Shown: positions 56,001-64,000 of the stretch, in pieces
Layout: each line of letters begins with the position of its first letter
Numbering within the stretch: position 1 is the stretch's first letter
Source of the DNA: an uncultured bacterium
GTDB taxonomy: Bacteria > Verrucomicrobiota > Verrucomicrobiia > Verrucomicrobiales > DEV007
NCBI GenBank assembly: GCA_963977015.1
Contig: CAXBMO010000012.1
Span: 102,602-166,601 of the forward strand
Length of the DNA stretch: 64,000 nt
Reading direction: 5' to 3'
Program-made: the position numbers and the translations under genes
Notes under the pieces: model-generated
The model's input: the letters and a program-made list of their open reading frames with translations, nothing else
The model's database searches: none
Told to the model about the DNA's origin: nothing

Positions 56001-57649
56001 ATTTCATCACCCGGCGTGCTGCCGTTTTCCCGGAAGGTCGAACGGCGATCACGGTTTCGCTCTCGAGGGCTCCCAATGCCAAAGCCTTCAGTGCCCAGTC
56101 CAATCAGCTTCTGCTCGCGCTTTCCAACTTGCCTCCGGTCGAAACTCCGGATGCCTGGGACAAGGCCAAAGCGAAGGGAAAATCGTTTGGGAAGAATGCG
56201 CAGGTTGAGGCGGTTCTCAGCCGTATGGGGGCTCGGTTTGGAGATGAGGAATTCTTTCCCCAGTGGCGTCGCGTGGCGAGAAATAGTAAGCAGAAGATGG
56301 AGGCGCGGATTGAGGCCTTGAAGTTGCTGACCGTGGGCAAGGATCCCGAGATCGGAACACTCGCCCGCGAAGTTCTGAGTGTGCCAGCTCTTCGGCCCGT
56401 CGCCATCGCCGCACTTCGTCAGGATCCCGGCAAAGAGACGGCGGACGCATTGGTGAGACTGGTTCCGAATCTCTCATTAAAGATGCGCAACGAGGCGATC
56501 AATCTTCTCGGGACGAGACCGGAGATGGCGTTGGTTCTCCTGCGGGCGGTTGATGAAAAGCGCCTGGAGGCGTCCTTGATTTCTCCGGTGATGTTGGATC
56601 AATTCGACCGATTCGAGAACGAGGAAATTGATGCGATTCTGGATCGGAACTGGGTGCGAGGAGGTGGGGGGATTGATTTGGCCCAACTCACCGTGGCGAT
56701 TGGCCAATGGAGGAAAAAGCTCAATCCGAGAGTCATGGCAAGGGCGAACGCGCAACGTGGTCGGCAGACCTACGTCATGACCTGTGGCACCTGTCATCAG
56801 CTCTTTGGCGAAGGAATCGCGTTGGGGCCGGACCTGACCGGATCGAATCGTGCGGACCTGGGCTACATTCTCGAGAACGTTCTCGCGCCAAGCGCCGTGG
56901 TGGGGAAAGACTACCTTCTGAACATCTTTACGTTGAAGGATGGATCAACCGTCAGTGGAATGATCGAGAAGGAGACTCCGGAGTTCATTCAAGTCTCGAT
57001 GGCGGGAGGCACGAAAACCGATGTTCAGGTTACCGAAATCAAGGAACGCCAGGAAGTCGCGCAGTCGCTCATGCCTGCCGGTCTCTTTGATGCGCTGCCG
57101 CTGGGGCAGGTTGCGGATTTGGTGGCTTATCTGGCTAGTCCGACTCAGGTTTCCCCAACGGGGAGAGGGAACGTCGCGGCTTCTCCCCAGAGCGCAGTTC
57201 CTGCTCCAGGCAACGGTGTCATGCGAATCGAGGCGGAGGATCTTGCCGCGAAATATCAGCCTCAGGGTGGAAACGGGAAGCCGCAGAATATGGAACACTT
57301 TCAGGATGCGTGGTCCGAAAATCGGCAGTTGTGGTGGGTCGGCGGAAAGCCCGGTGAGGTCTATACGTTGAAGCTGGATGGCGTGGGACCGGGGATGAAG
57401 AATCTTACCCTGTTTCCCACCACCGCGCGAGACTACGCCCAAGTGAAGATCGCCATCAATGGCCAACTCCAGGAAGCGGACTTTTACTCAGCAGATGTTC
57501 GCCAGGGCACGCCGCTTCGATTCGAAGGTGTGAACATCAGCCCGAGCGAACCCTTGCAAATCGACATTCACATCACCGGCAAAAACGAAGCGGCGGTTCC
57601 CCGTTACATGGTTGGGATCGATCGGATCGAGATTGAAGGCGCAGACTAG
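53039..57649 (+). CDS. Giant fusion protein: FG-GAP/VCBS repeats, PVC-type 'membrane-bound dehydrogenase' domain, HEAT repeats, c-type heme-binding domain, and a C-terminal beta-rich domain
   Basis: Signal peptide. GDINGDGNPDI, DFNGDGKNDI, GDINGDGRADV, DVDGDGDNDI. FSLDLIAAEPNVTQPIAMTFDARGRIWVIE. CGTCH at nt 56783-56797, followed by LGPDLTGSNRADLGYILENVLAPS. Confidence 0.8.
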   Translation: MKTPFIVLLAIPSLLVAESSWKTTPLIGDFHAEGAGVGDINGDGNPDIAYGPFWFAGPDFSKQNRFADGDPFDGGTGYSDNFFSFVRDFNGDGKNDILVFGFPGKSARLYLNSAAERWEMIEVADQVANESPHLIDLIPGGVPEIVCARSKTYGYYEAGEDATKPWTWHTVSGPNEAATPFGHGLGVGDINGDGRADVVERMHWYEQPANPGDGPWKKHNWAMVPYGGGGAQMLVDDVDGDGDNDIITSLNAHAYGIAWFEQVSPGKFARHNIVGQTSTENRHGVAFSQPHALALADMDGDGRNDFVTGKRYFAHKGRDPGGLQDAVLYWFRNTVRGGEIEFVPHLVDDDSGVGVEVKVVDLNGDERPDIVTSSKKGLIVHTQTGAGHAAMESWKEESRRTQDTYGTKLSPEAARDQTDVPDGFSLDLIAAEPNVTQPIAMTFDARGRIWVIEGHTYPQRAPEGEGRDRIIILEDRNADGSFETRKVFAENLNLASGIEIGFGGVYVGAAPYLLFFPDKNQDDVPDGEPEILLDGWGYQDTHETLNAFTWGPDGWLYGCHGVFTHSKVGKPGTPNDERTRINAGVWRFHPVSRQFEVYAHGTSNPWGVDFNEYGDWFVSACVIPHFYHLSHGGRYQRQAGQHFDPFTFDDIKTIADHVHYLGNIRALKDVRGGRLSEEQADTAALGGGHAHCGLAIYDAPEFPAAFRGEAFFHNLHGHRLVREQLGHDGSGYLARHRPDFVLTNNHDFVGVGVMQGPDGALYYSDWVDPQTCHHRDVEVWDRANGRIFRVRYGEAKTTVTNLLVQSDVELVATLGHANSFFARQAQRLLQERAAAGTLDGEAVDLALTQFESRHSGDVPMRLRALWARHVTGLLSGELLMAALADPSEHVRGWAVQLAQPNTAILTQLATLAKHDDSLIVRRYLASKLQFLPLDDRWDIARGLIAHSRSQFDRNIPFLAWYGIAPLVEADPASALQLVGQTPWPQLKDFITRRAAVFPEGRTAITVSLSRAPNAKAFSAQSNQLLLALSNLPPVETPDAWDKAKAKGKSFGKNAQVEAVLSRMGARFGDEEFFPQWRRVARNSKQKMEARIEALKLLTVGKDPEIGTLAREVLSVPALRPVAIAALRQDPGKETADALVRLVPNLSLKMRNEAINLLGTRPEMALVLLRAVDEKRLEASLISPVMLDQFDRFENEEIDAILDRNWVRGGGGIDLAQLTVAIGQWRKKLNPRVMARANAQRGRQTYVMTCGTCHQLFGEGIALGPDLTGSNRADLGYILENVLAPSAVVGKDYLLNIFTLKDGSTVSGMIEKETPEFIQVSMAGGTKTDVQVTEIKERQEVAQSLMPAGLFDALPLGQVADLVAYLASPTQVSPTGRGNVAASPQSAVPAPGNGVMRIEAEDLAAKYQPQGGNGKPQNMEHFQDAWSENRQLWWVGGKPGEVYTLKLDGVGPGMKNLTLFPTTARDYAQVKIAINGQLQEADFYSADVRQGTPLRFEGVNISPSEPLQIDIHITGKNEAAVPRYMVGIDRIEIEGAD

Positions 57650-57659
57650 AATTGAACGT

Positions 57660-58907
57660 ATGAATTATCGAAAACCCCTATTTACATCACTCGCCATGTT
57701 TGGCCTCCTGCCCATTCCGCTGGAGGTGAGCGCGGAGGACGTCAAGCTGATCGATTTGAACCAAGCGCGTCTCGAAAACATCGTTGAGATGGATCGCGAC
57801 GAGGCGCTGGAGATGTTGGTAAGCAAGATTGGGAAGAGTGACGACCCTGCGATTCAAGCGGCGCTGCTGAACGGCATTCTACTGGGCCTGGAAGGACGAC
57901 GTGACGTTGCCGCTCCTTCGGGGTGGGGAGAACTCAAAGCGAATTTGCAGGCCAACCCGGATTCACGGGTGCCGGGGCACGTTCAGAAGTTGAGTCAGGT
58001 GTTTGGCGATGAGCAGGCAACCCAACGAGCCATCGCGACGTTGAAGGATTCCACTGCGGATCCGAGCGCTCGCAAAAGCGCCCTTGCTTCGCTGTTGGCG
58101 CAACGCCGGATGGAACTGTTGCCGATCCTGGAGAAGTTGATCGATGAGGAGGCGTTGCGGACGGAAGCGATCCGTGGATTCACCACGATCGAATCTCCAA
58201 CGGCTCCCGCGTTGCTGTTGAAGCGCTTTCCCAAATACGACGTGGAGACGCAACGCACTGTGATCGAAACGTTGGCGACTCGAAAGCCGTATGCAGAAGC
58301 CTTGTTGGCAGCGCTCGATGCCAAGACCGTGCCTCGGGATGCGATTCCCGCCTATGTCGCACGCACCATGAGCACACTTCTCGGCGAGAAGTTCTCCTCC
58401 AAGTATGGCGTGCAGCCGTTGTCGGAAGACAAGGAGGCGATGATTGCCAAGTACAAGTCCATGGCGACAACGGAAACCTTGGCCAAAGCCGATGCCTCGG
58501 CTGGGCGCGTGGTGTATCAGAAAGTCTGCATGGCCTGTCATGTAATGTATGGTGAGGGTGGTTTGGTAGGGCCGGAATTGACGGGCTCAAACCGGGCGGA
58601 CCTGAACTATCTGCTCCTGAATATTCTCTATCCCAGCGATGACATTGCCGATGCCTACAAGATGGTCCTGGTGACGACGAAAGACGGACAGACGCTCGCG
58701 GGCAGCATTGCGGAAGAAGACGGTCAAAAGGTGGTTCTCAATATGGTGGGACAGAAAACGACCGTCTCGAAAAGCGACATCCAAAGTCGTGAAACTTCGC
58801 CGTTCTCGATGATGCCCGCCGGGCTTCTTCAAACTCTGAAACCGGAGGAGGTCGTGAACCTCTTCAAATACATGCAAACCAAAGCTCAGGTCAATCTTCC
58901 CAAATGA
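57660..58907 (+). CDS. HEAT-repeat / c-type cytochrome (PVC-type heme-binding domain) protein
   Basis: ATG 57660 and a signal peptide. CMACH at nt 58527-58541, followed by VGPELTGSNRADLNYLLLNILYPS. The stop overlaps the next start (ATGA at 58904-58907). Confidence 0.75.
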   Translation: MNYRKPLFTSLAMFGLLPIPLEVSAEDVKLIDLNQARLENIVEMDRDEALEMLVSKIGKSDDPAIQAALLNGILLGLEGRRDVAAPSGWGELKANLQANPDSRVPGHVQKLSQVFGDEQATQRAIATLKDSTADPSARKSALASLLAQRRMELLPILEKLIDEEALRTEAIRGFTTIESPTAPALLLKRFPKYDVETQRTVIETLATRKPYAEALLAALDAKTVPRDAIPAYVARTMSTLLGEKFSSKYGVQPLSEDKEAMIAKYKSMATTETLAKADASAGRVVYQKVCMACHVMYGEGGLVGPELTGSNRADLNYLLLNILYPSDDIADAYKMVLVTTKDGQTLAGSIAEEDGQKVVLNMVGQKTTVSKSDIQSRETSPFSMMPAGLLQTLKPEEVVNLFKYMQTKAQVNLPK

Positions 58908-61216
58908 ACTTGGACTTTTCTTCAATCCAGATGACTTCTCCTTCCCATTTTCGATTTCTGGCATGCGCAGTTTGTGCGCTTGTGAGTGTTCCGTTCGCCC
59001 ATTCCCAGGATCGAGGGAAGCAACATCGCATCAGTGATGCGCCGTTTCTGACGCCGGAACAGGCGGTTGCCAAGATGAGCGTTCCGGACGGGTTCGAGGT
59101 GTCGGTGTTCGCCTCAGAACCGGACATCGGCGAGCCCATCGCTTTCACGTTCGATGCGCGCGGTCGCGTTTGGGTCGTCGAAAACTACAACTACGTGAAC
59201 CGGCGTTCTCACAAGATGGAGCAGCTCAGCCGAATCCAGATTTTCGAGGACACGGACAGCGATGGTCGTTTCGACACGAAGAAGCTCTTTCATGATCAAT
59301 TGACCTTTGCCTCGGGAATCGCGGTTGGATTTGGCGGTGTCTATCTGGGGGCGCCGCCCAACTTTGTCTTCATTCCGGATGCGGACGGCGACGATGTTCC
59401 CGATGGCGAACCGGAGGTATTGCTCAACGGTTGGGGAATCCAGGATCGGCATGAAACGTTGAACAGTTTTATCTGGGGGCCGGACGGCTGGTTGTATGGA
59501 TGTCAGGGCGTGTTCACCCATTCGTTGATCGGGAAACCAGGCGCCTCGAAAGAGGAGCGCACGTTCCTGGATGCCGGAATCTGGCGCTTTCATCCGGAGA
59601 AAAAGGAGTTCGAGATTTTTGCGCGCGGGCTCTCGAATCCGTGGGGCTTCGACTTCAATGACGTTGGTCACGGCTTTGCAACCTGTTGCGTCATTCCGCA
59701 TTTGTTCCACGTGGTTCAGGGGGGCGTCTATCACAAGCAATCCCGCCCGAACCTGAATCCCTACGTTTATGACAACATCAAGACGATTCGGGATCACACG
59801 CACCTTTCGGCGCACGGCGGGGCGCGCTTTTACCTCGCGGACGCGTTTCCCTCGGAATACCGCGATCAGCTTTTTATGTGTAATATCCACGAGCACGCGG
59901 TTCTCGTGGATCGGATGGAACCCAACGGGTCCAGTTATATTGGAAGACATGGAAGCGATTTCATGCCGACGAATGACCTCGCCTGGGTGGGGTTCAGCAT
60001 GGAGATCGGGCCTGACGGGGGCGTTTACATTCTCGATTGGCACGACACCGACATTTGTGGCAACGCGATCAACTTTCCCGACAGCGGCCGCATCTATCGC
60101 ATCTTGCCGAAGGACGCGAAGAAGATTGAGCGTCCCAACCTTCCTGCGATGAGTGATCTCGAACTCACGAAGCTTCAGAATCACGTCAACGATTGGTATG
60201 TCCGTCAGGCGCGAGTCGAACTTCATCATCGCACCGTGGCTGGGAAACTCGATCAGGCCGCCGTTCACGCCGAACTGGATCGCTACCTGGTTGCGTCAAC
60301 CACTTCGCCCATACGCCTACGCGCGCTTTGGGCCATGCACGTCACCGGTCGATTTGCCGGAGCCGGTCAGGAAAAGCTTACCAGCTTGTTGTCCCATGAT
60401 GATCCTCATGTCCGGGCGTGGGCGGTTCAGTTATTGTGCGAAAACGGGAACCCCAGCGAGCACTCGAGGCGGCAGCTTGTGGAGATGGCCAAACGAGATG
60501 CATCGCCTACCGTGCGGCTGTATTTGGCTTCCGCGTTGCAACGCCTGTCCTTTGATCAACGTTGGGAGATACTCAGTGAACTGGCCAAACGTGAGGAAGA
60601 TCTTCAGGACCCCAACATACCGCGCGTGCTTTGGCTGGCGCTCGAGCCGATGGTTCCGGAACATCCTGAGATGGCGCTGACGACCGCGATTCACGGTGCA
60701 ATGCCCTTTCTTCAGGAGAGTGTTGCGCGACGCATGGTCAGTGGAACCCCAGGCTCGTTCAAAAAGCCGAGTCAAGCCATGATCGAGAAGTGGAACAACG
60801 CGCTTCAATCCGTCGCGCCGGGGTTTCGCGTCCTTTCGGTGGGAGAAGGCGGAGTTGTTGCTCTGGAGAGCTTCCGGAACGAGAAGGCGATTCAAACCCA
60901 TCCCCTCGACCGGAAGAAAGCCTGCACGTTGTTGCGCAATCTCCGGATTCCGGATGGCAAGGAGACGAGGCTCAAGGCGCGCGTTAGCTATCATCCCCAC
61001 GGCGATTGGCAACTGCGGGTGATCGCGGCGAGAGAGGTTCTGCTCGACCAGATCGTGAGTTTCAAAACCGTCCAACAAGAGTGGCTCGAAATTGATGTCG
61101 ACCTGTCAAAGTATGCCGGTCAGAACATCGAGATCGCGCTGGAGAATCGGGCGAACGGCTGGAGCAACGAGTTCGGATTCTGGGGGAAGGTCGAAATCGT
61201 GAGCGAGGAGAATTGA
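58904..61216 (+). CDS. PVC-type 'membrane-bound dehydrogenase' domain + HEAT-repeat protein (no CxxCH)
   Basis: FEVSVFASEPDIGEPIAFTFDARGRVWVVE, and GWGIQDRHETLNSFIWGPDGWLYGCQGVFTHS parallels the 53039 protein. Confidence 0.75.
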   Translation: MNLDFSSIQMTSPSHFRFLACAVCALVSVPFAHSQDRGKQHRISDAPFLTPEQAVAKMSVPDGFEVSVFASEPDIGEPIAFTFDARGRVWVVENYNYVNRRSHKMEQLSRIQIFEDTDSDGRFDTKKLFHDQLTFASGIAVGFGGVYLGAPPNFVFIPDADGDDVPDGEPEVLLNGWGIQDRHETLNSFIWGPDGWLYGCQGVFTHSLIGKPGASKEERTFLDAGIWRFHPEKKEFEIFARGLSNPWGFDFNDVGHGFATCCVIPHLFHVVQGGVYHKQSRPNLNPYVYDNIKTIRDHTHLSAHGGARFYLADAFPSEYRDQLFMCNIHEHAVLVDRMEPNGSSYIGRHGSDFMPTNDLAWVGFSMEIGPDGGVYILDWHDTDICGNAINFPDSGRIYRILPKDAKKIERPNLPAMSDLELTKLQNHVNDWYVRQARVELHHRTVAGKLDQAAVHAELDRYLVASTTSPIRLRALWAMHVTGRFAGAGQEKLTSLLSHDDPHVRAWAVQLLCENGNPSEHSRRQLVEMAKRDASPTVRLYLASALQRLSFDQRWEILSELAKREEDLQDPNIPRVLWLALEPMVPEHPEMALTTAIHGAMPFLQESVARRMVSGTPGSFKKPSQAMIEKWNNALQSVAPGFRVLSVGEGGVVALESFRNEKAIQTHPLDRKKACTLLRNLRIPDGKETRLKARVSYHPHGDWQLRVIAAREVLLDQIVSFKTVQQEWLEIDVDLSKYAGQNIEIALENRANGWSNEFGFWGKVEIVSEEN

Positions 61217-61219
61217 ACG

Positions 61220-61588
61220 TCAGATGCTCTTGTAACGGACTTTTTTTCCGTCTTTCCCGATTGGGCGATCGTCCCGGCGGGGTGCATCTGGCGACGTCAA
61301 ATCGTCGGTCAAGGTGGAATGGTTATTGCGGGGTGGGAGCGTGTTTCCGCGATCTTCAGCCTCGTTAATGCGGAGCGTGCGGCCTTCCCAATCCTTCCCG
61401 TCTAGGGCGGCGATGGCTTTTTCTGCGGTTTCCCGGTCGGCCAGGGTCACAAAGGCAAACGCCCTCGGGGCACCCGTGTCCCGATTCATGGGGCGGTGAA
61501 AATCGAGGATGGGCTCGAACTCGGCGAACAATTCGCGGATTTGAGCGGTGGAGGCGTCCTGGGAGATGTTTCCGACAAATAACTTCAT
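61220..61588 (-). CDS. RRM-type RNA-binding protein
   Basis: RNP2 KLFVGNI, RNP1 RAFAFVTL, and a basic/disordered C-tail. Confidence 0.8.
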   Translation of the reverse strand: MKLFVGNISQDASTAQIRELFAEFEPILDFHRPMNRDTGAPRAFAFVTLADRETAEKAIAALDGKDWEGRTLRINEAEDRGNTLPPRNNHSTLTDDLTSPDAPRRDDRPIGKDGKKVRYKSI

Positions 61589-61683
61589 GGATCTTTTTCT
61601 GGTTGATTGATGGTTGTGGCCAATTCACCCCGCATTGCGCTTAAGCCAGCTATCCAGAAGACAAGATCCAACAAACGACCAAC

Positions 61684-61706
61684 GCCCGGTCTCGGGCCTG
61701 TTTTTT
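61684..61706 (+). terminator. Orphan intrinsic-terminator-like hairpin plus T6 run
   Basis: GCCCG-GTCT-CGGGC, then ctg, then tttttt. No plus-strand gene ends nearby. Confidence 0.35.
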
Positions 61707-61924
61707 GTATTGTGAGGCGGGGAAGGTAAGCGCTGAAAGCATTATTCCAAATCATATTCGCGGGAGTGTTTGGACGGAGCGCGATTTCACGTCTGAAATG
61801 AATGAGGAGGTAGGAGCGGCCGGGCTGAGAAGTCCGCGGAACGGCGGCGATTCCCGTCCAATTTCGCGATTGGTGCAATTCCGCGCTCGCATTTTCAGGG
61901 GTTCGTTGCACTCTTTGCGGGGAT

Positions 61925-64000
61925 ATGACTCAGGAATCATCCTTGCGGGACCGAATCGGTTTTTCCCAAAACGGCGCAGCTTCGGCGGACGAGAAGCAAC
62001 GCATGCGGGAATACATCAATCTCAAACTCGCCTCTCGCGGGTTTCCGATTGTCGGAGATCGAAGTGATTATCCGTTTCTGGAGATGGGAAAATCGCTGAT
62101 CGCGAATTTTCAGGAGCGAATGCGGTTGTTGAGCGATTATTTGTGTCCGGCCGATCAATACATCCAGGATTTCTTGGGAAATTATCTGGGCCAGTTCAAC
62201 ACATTCGAGACCGGACAGGCGATGATTCCAACTGGCGCGCTCATCATGGAACGCCACGGAATCGCCCGAACGCTTTCCTTGCCATCGGATAGCGATGTCT
62301 TCAAATCGGACATTGTATCCTCGTTCCGGGTTGCCCAGGGCGTCTGCCACAATCCGGTCAACGATCGTCGAACCACAAAAGGCGTTTTTCATGTCGCGGA
62401 AGGTGGTTACCCAATCCCAGACGATAAAAAGGCGGTTCCCAAAAGCACCTTCGCGCATTTGTTGAAGTCGGCCCTCAATCCTCCGGATGATTTGATGACG
62501 CTGCCGTTCACCGCGAACGAACCAACACCTTCCAAGACGTTTGTGAGTCTATTGCTGCGTCCCGTGGTTTGTCCGGCGGTGGAAGGTTTTACCCAGGAAA
62601 AGTCGATGGAGATTCGCTTTTTCGCGCCGGGTAACCTCGTGAGTAACCTGGATTTTGTGGAGTCGATTTTCGGGAATGCGGGCGATCCGTATTTGCCGGA
62701 GAATGATGCCCGATTGGATGTCGATCACTGGACTGGCCATACCGGGTGCGTGATTTTGGCGCCGCAATTGACGAAACTGCGCAAGAAAGATGTCGGGCTG
62801 CCCCATCTGAATGACGCGACCGAGCGCCAGAAGCGGGATGGAATGTGTTGGGAAAGTGAGGACGAACTCTACAACGATGGCGGCGCGTTCAAGGTGACGT
62901 GTCGCGATCAACGCGGGGTCATGGTCACGCTGATTGCGGACAACTATTTTGGGTATTGCAAAAAGGAGGTGAAAACGCAGATCAGTTTCGCCTCAAACCT
63001 CTTCGGGTTGGTGGAGGAGGAACACGCCGGTGGCGCGATCGCGTTTCCCGGTTTCGATCTCGGTGAAGACTTTGAGTTGAGCGGCTATCGAACCGAGGTG
63101 GACCACACGTTCGAAGGCGTGGTCGAAAAATTCGGGGATCGCATTGATGTGGCGCCGGAAGGTTACGCGATCGACAAAACCTGGGACGACATTGTCTACC
63201 TGCCGGAGAACGTTCACGTCAATCTGCATCATCAGCGCATCACCTGGAAGCAGGGCGATGAGGAGCGGGAATTGAAGCTTCAGCCGGAACGAACCTATGT
63301 CCTGCCGAGTGGCTACAAGATCGAGATGGTGAAGCCGAGCGAAGGCCAGCGCTGGCGCTTGATCGGGACGAATGCGGAAGGAACGCTCTGCCACAAGCCC
63401 TGTACGGTTTCAGGCGGCGGCAAGTCGGAGATTTCGAAGTCGCTGGAGGATGCGATGGAATCCGGATCGGTCTTTCTGCCGGACTTTGCGCGCGACCTGG
63501 AGAAGGCGATCGAAGTGGTCCATTACGACTTCAGCAAGCGTTGGATCAATCCGCACGATCCCAACAAGCATGGCCGGGCGTTGCTCGACCCTTCGCGTTC
63601 GCTTGGTTCAACGATTCGATTGCTGGCGACGAGTCCGGATTACACGGATGAATTCAACAACTGGGTTAGTGAAATTCCGCGTTCGGTTCGCGAGCTGGTC
63701 TTCATCATGAAGCGGTTTTGGAAGCCGGATTGGGGTGATGATTGGAAAAAGCGTTTCCGGGTCGATACCATCAACGGGCAACCGGGCTTTGAGCTGAAAT
63801 ATCGCGACTCCAAGATCGTTGCACGTTATCTGCGAATTGGATATCACACGGATGGAAGCTGGCGGACGTTCGGACTCCGCAAGGACTTTCACCAGGCGGC
63901 AAAATTGCAGCGCGAAGACGACATCACCTCCTCCATTGTCGTTCCCAGCGAGCAACTGACCGGCCTTCATCCGGACACGAAACGTCCCTCGTTCAAGTTC
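61925..64000 (+). CDS. Large conserved protein, 3' end outside window (possibly PPi-type PEP carboxykinase family; very tentative)
   Basis: Frame 2 from ATG 61925 appears open to the window end. I translated about the first 370 codons by hand without a stop (MTQESSLRDRIGF...IADNYFGYCKKEVKTQISFASNLFG...). The remainder is inferred open and was not hand-translated: only short out-of-frame or antisense ORFs are listed here. It is absent from the ORF track because it has no stop. The family call is from memory only. Confidence 0.55.
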   Translation, partial: MTQESSLRDRIGFSQNGAASADEKQRMREYINLKLASRGFPIVGDRSDYPFLEMGKSLIANFQERMRLLSDYLCPADQYIQDFLGNYLGQFNTFETGQAMIPTGALIMERHGIARTLSLPSDSDVFKSDIVSSFRVAQGVCHNPVNDRRTTKGVFHVAEGGYPIPDDKKAVPKSTFAHLLKSALNPPDDLMTLPFTANEPTPSKTFVSLLLRPVVCPAVEGFTQEKSMEIRFFAPGNLVSNLDFVESIFGNAGDPYLPENDARLDVDHWTGHTGCVILAPQLTKLRKKDVGLPHLNDATERQKRDGMCWESEDELYNDGGAFKVTCRDQRGVMVTLIADNYFGYCKKEVKTQISFASNLFGLVEEEHAGGAIAFPGFDLGEDFELSGYRTEVDHTFEGVVEKFGDRIDVAPEGYAIDKTWDDIVYLPENVHVNLHHQRITWKQGDEERELKLQPERTYVLPSGYKIEMVKPSEGQRWRLIGTNAEGTLCHKPCTVSGGGKSEISKSLEDAMESGSVFLPDFARDLEKAIEVVHYDFSKRWINPHDPNKHGRALLDPSRSLGSTIRLLATSPDYTDEFNNWVSEIPRSVRELVFIMKRFWKPDWGDDWKKRFRVDTINGQPGFELKYRDSKIVARYLRIGYHTDGSWRTFGLRKDFHQAAKLQREDDITSSIVVPSEQLTGLHPDTKRPSFKF

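Noticed and set aside
1-64000. Scan for tRNA, rRNA, tmRNA, integrase or phage genes
   Set aside because: Intergenic spacers are short (mostly under 260 nt). None showed cloverleaf-like or rRNA-like sequence by eye. No integrase, recombinase or phage structural motifs were seen in any ORF. This is a visual inspection, not tRNAscan or Infernal.

Overview
64-kb, tightly packed bacterial chromosome segment. The gene content suggests a Verrucomicrobiota/PVC-group organism (inference only): several S1 sulfatases, PVC-type heme-binding 'membrane-bound dehydrogenase' proteins, FG-GAP/HEAT giants, SHD1-like and RRM proteins. I call about 45 protein genes. I saw no rRNA, tRNA or CRISPR array. All function calls come from reading motifs in the supplied translations and DNA by eye; no database search, HMM or folding program was run.

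Main points:
(1) nt ~5.2-20.4 kb is a visibly AT-richer island. It holds a tailoring-enzyme set: O-methyltransferase, radical SAM enzyme, two unknown tandem proteins, flavin-dependent halogenase, and two tandem DUF3467-like paralogs. It also holds an unusual envelope-spanning export/processing module: a TolC-like protein, three HlyD-type adaptors (one fused to a GAF-like domain, one fused to a PqqD/RRE-like domain plus an M50 metalloprotease) and a C-terminally truncated SecA-like ATPase. No ABC/RND/MFS pump is present. This is my best candidate for an undescribed system.
(2) A DsbD-family gene is split in the ORF track by an in-frame TGA exactly at the first Cys of the thioredoxin CxxC motif, with a hairpin downstream. 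This is a probable selenoprotein.
(3) A 1,560-aa lipase-like/polytopic-membrane/WD40 protein carries seven near-identical 129-bp WD40 units. It lies divergent from a TPR-CHAT protease.
(4) Two HUH (RAYT/IS200-like) genes are associated with long inverted repeats.
(5) A GH16/esterase/four-sulfatase glycan-degradation block.
(6) Fused versus split paralogs of PVC-type dehydrogenase/HEAT/cytochrome c proteins.
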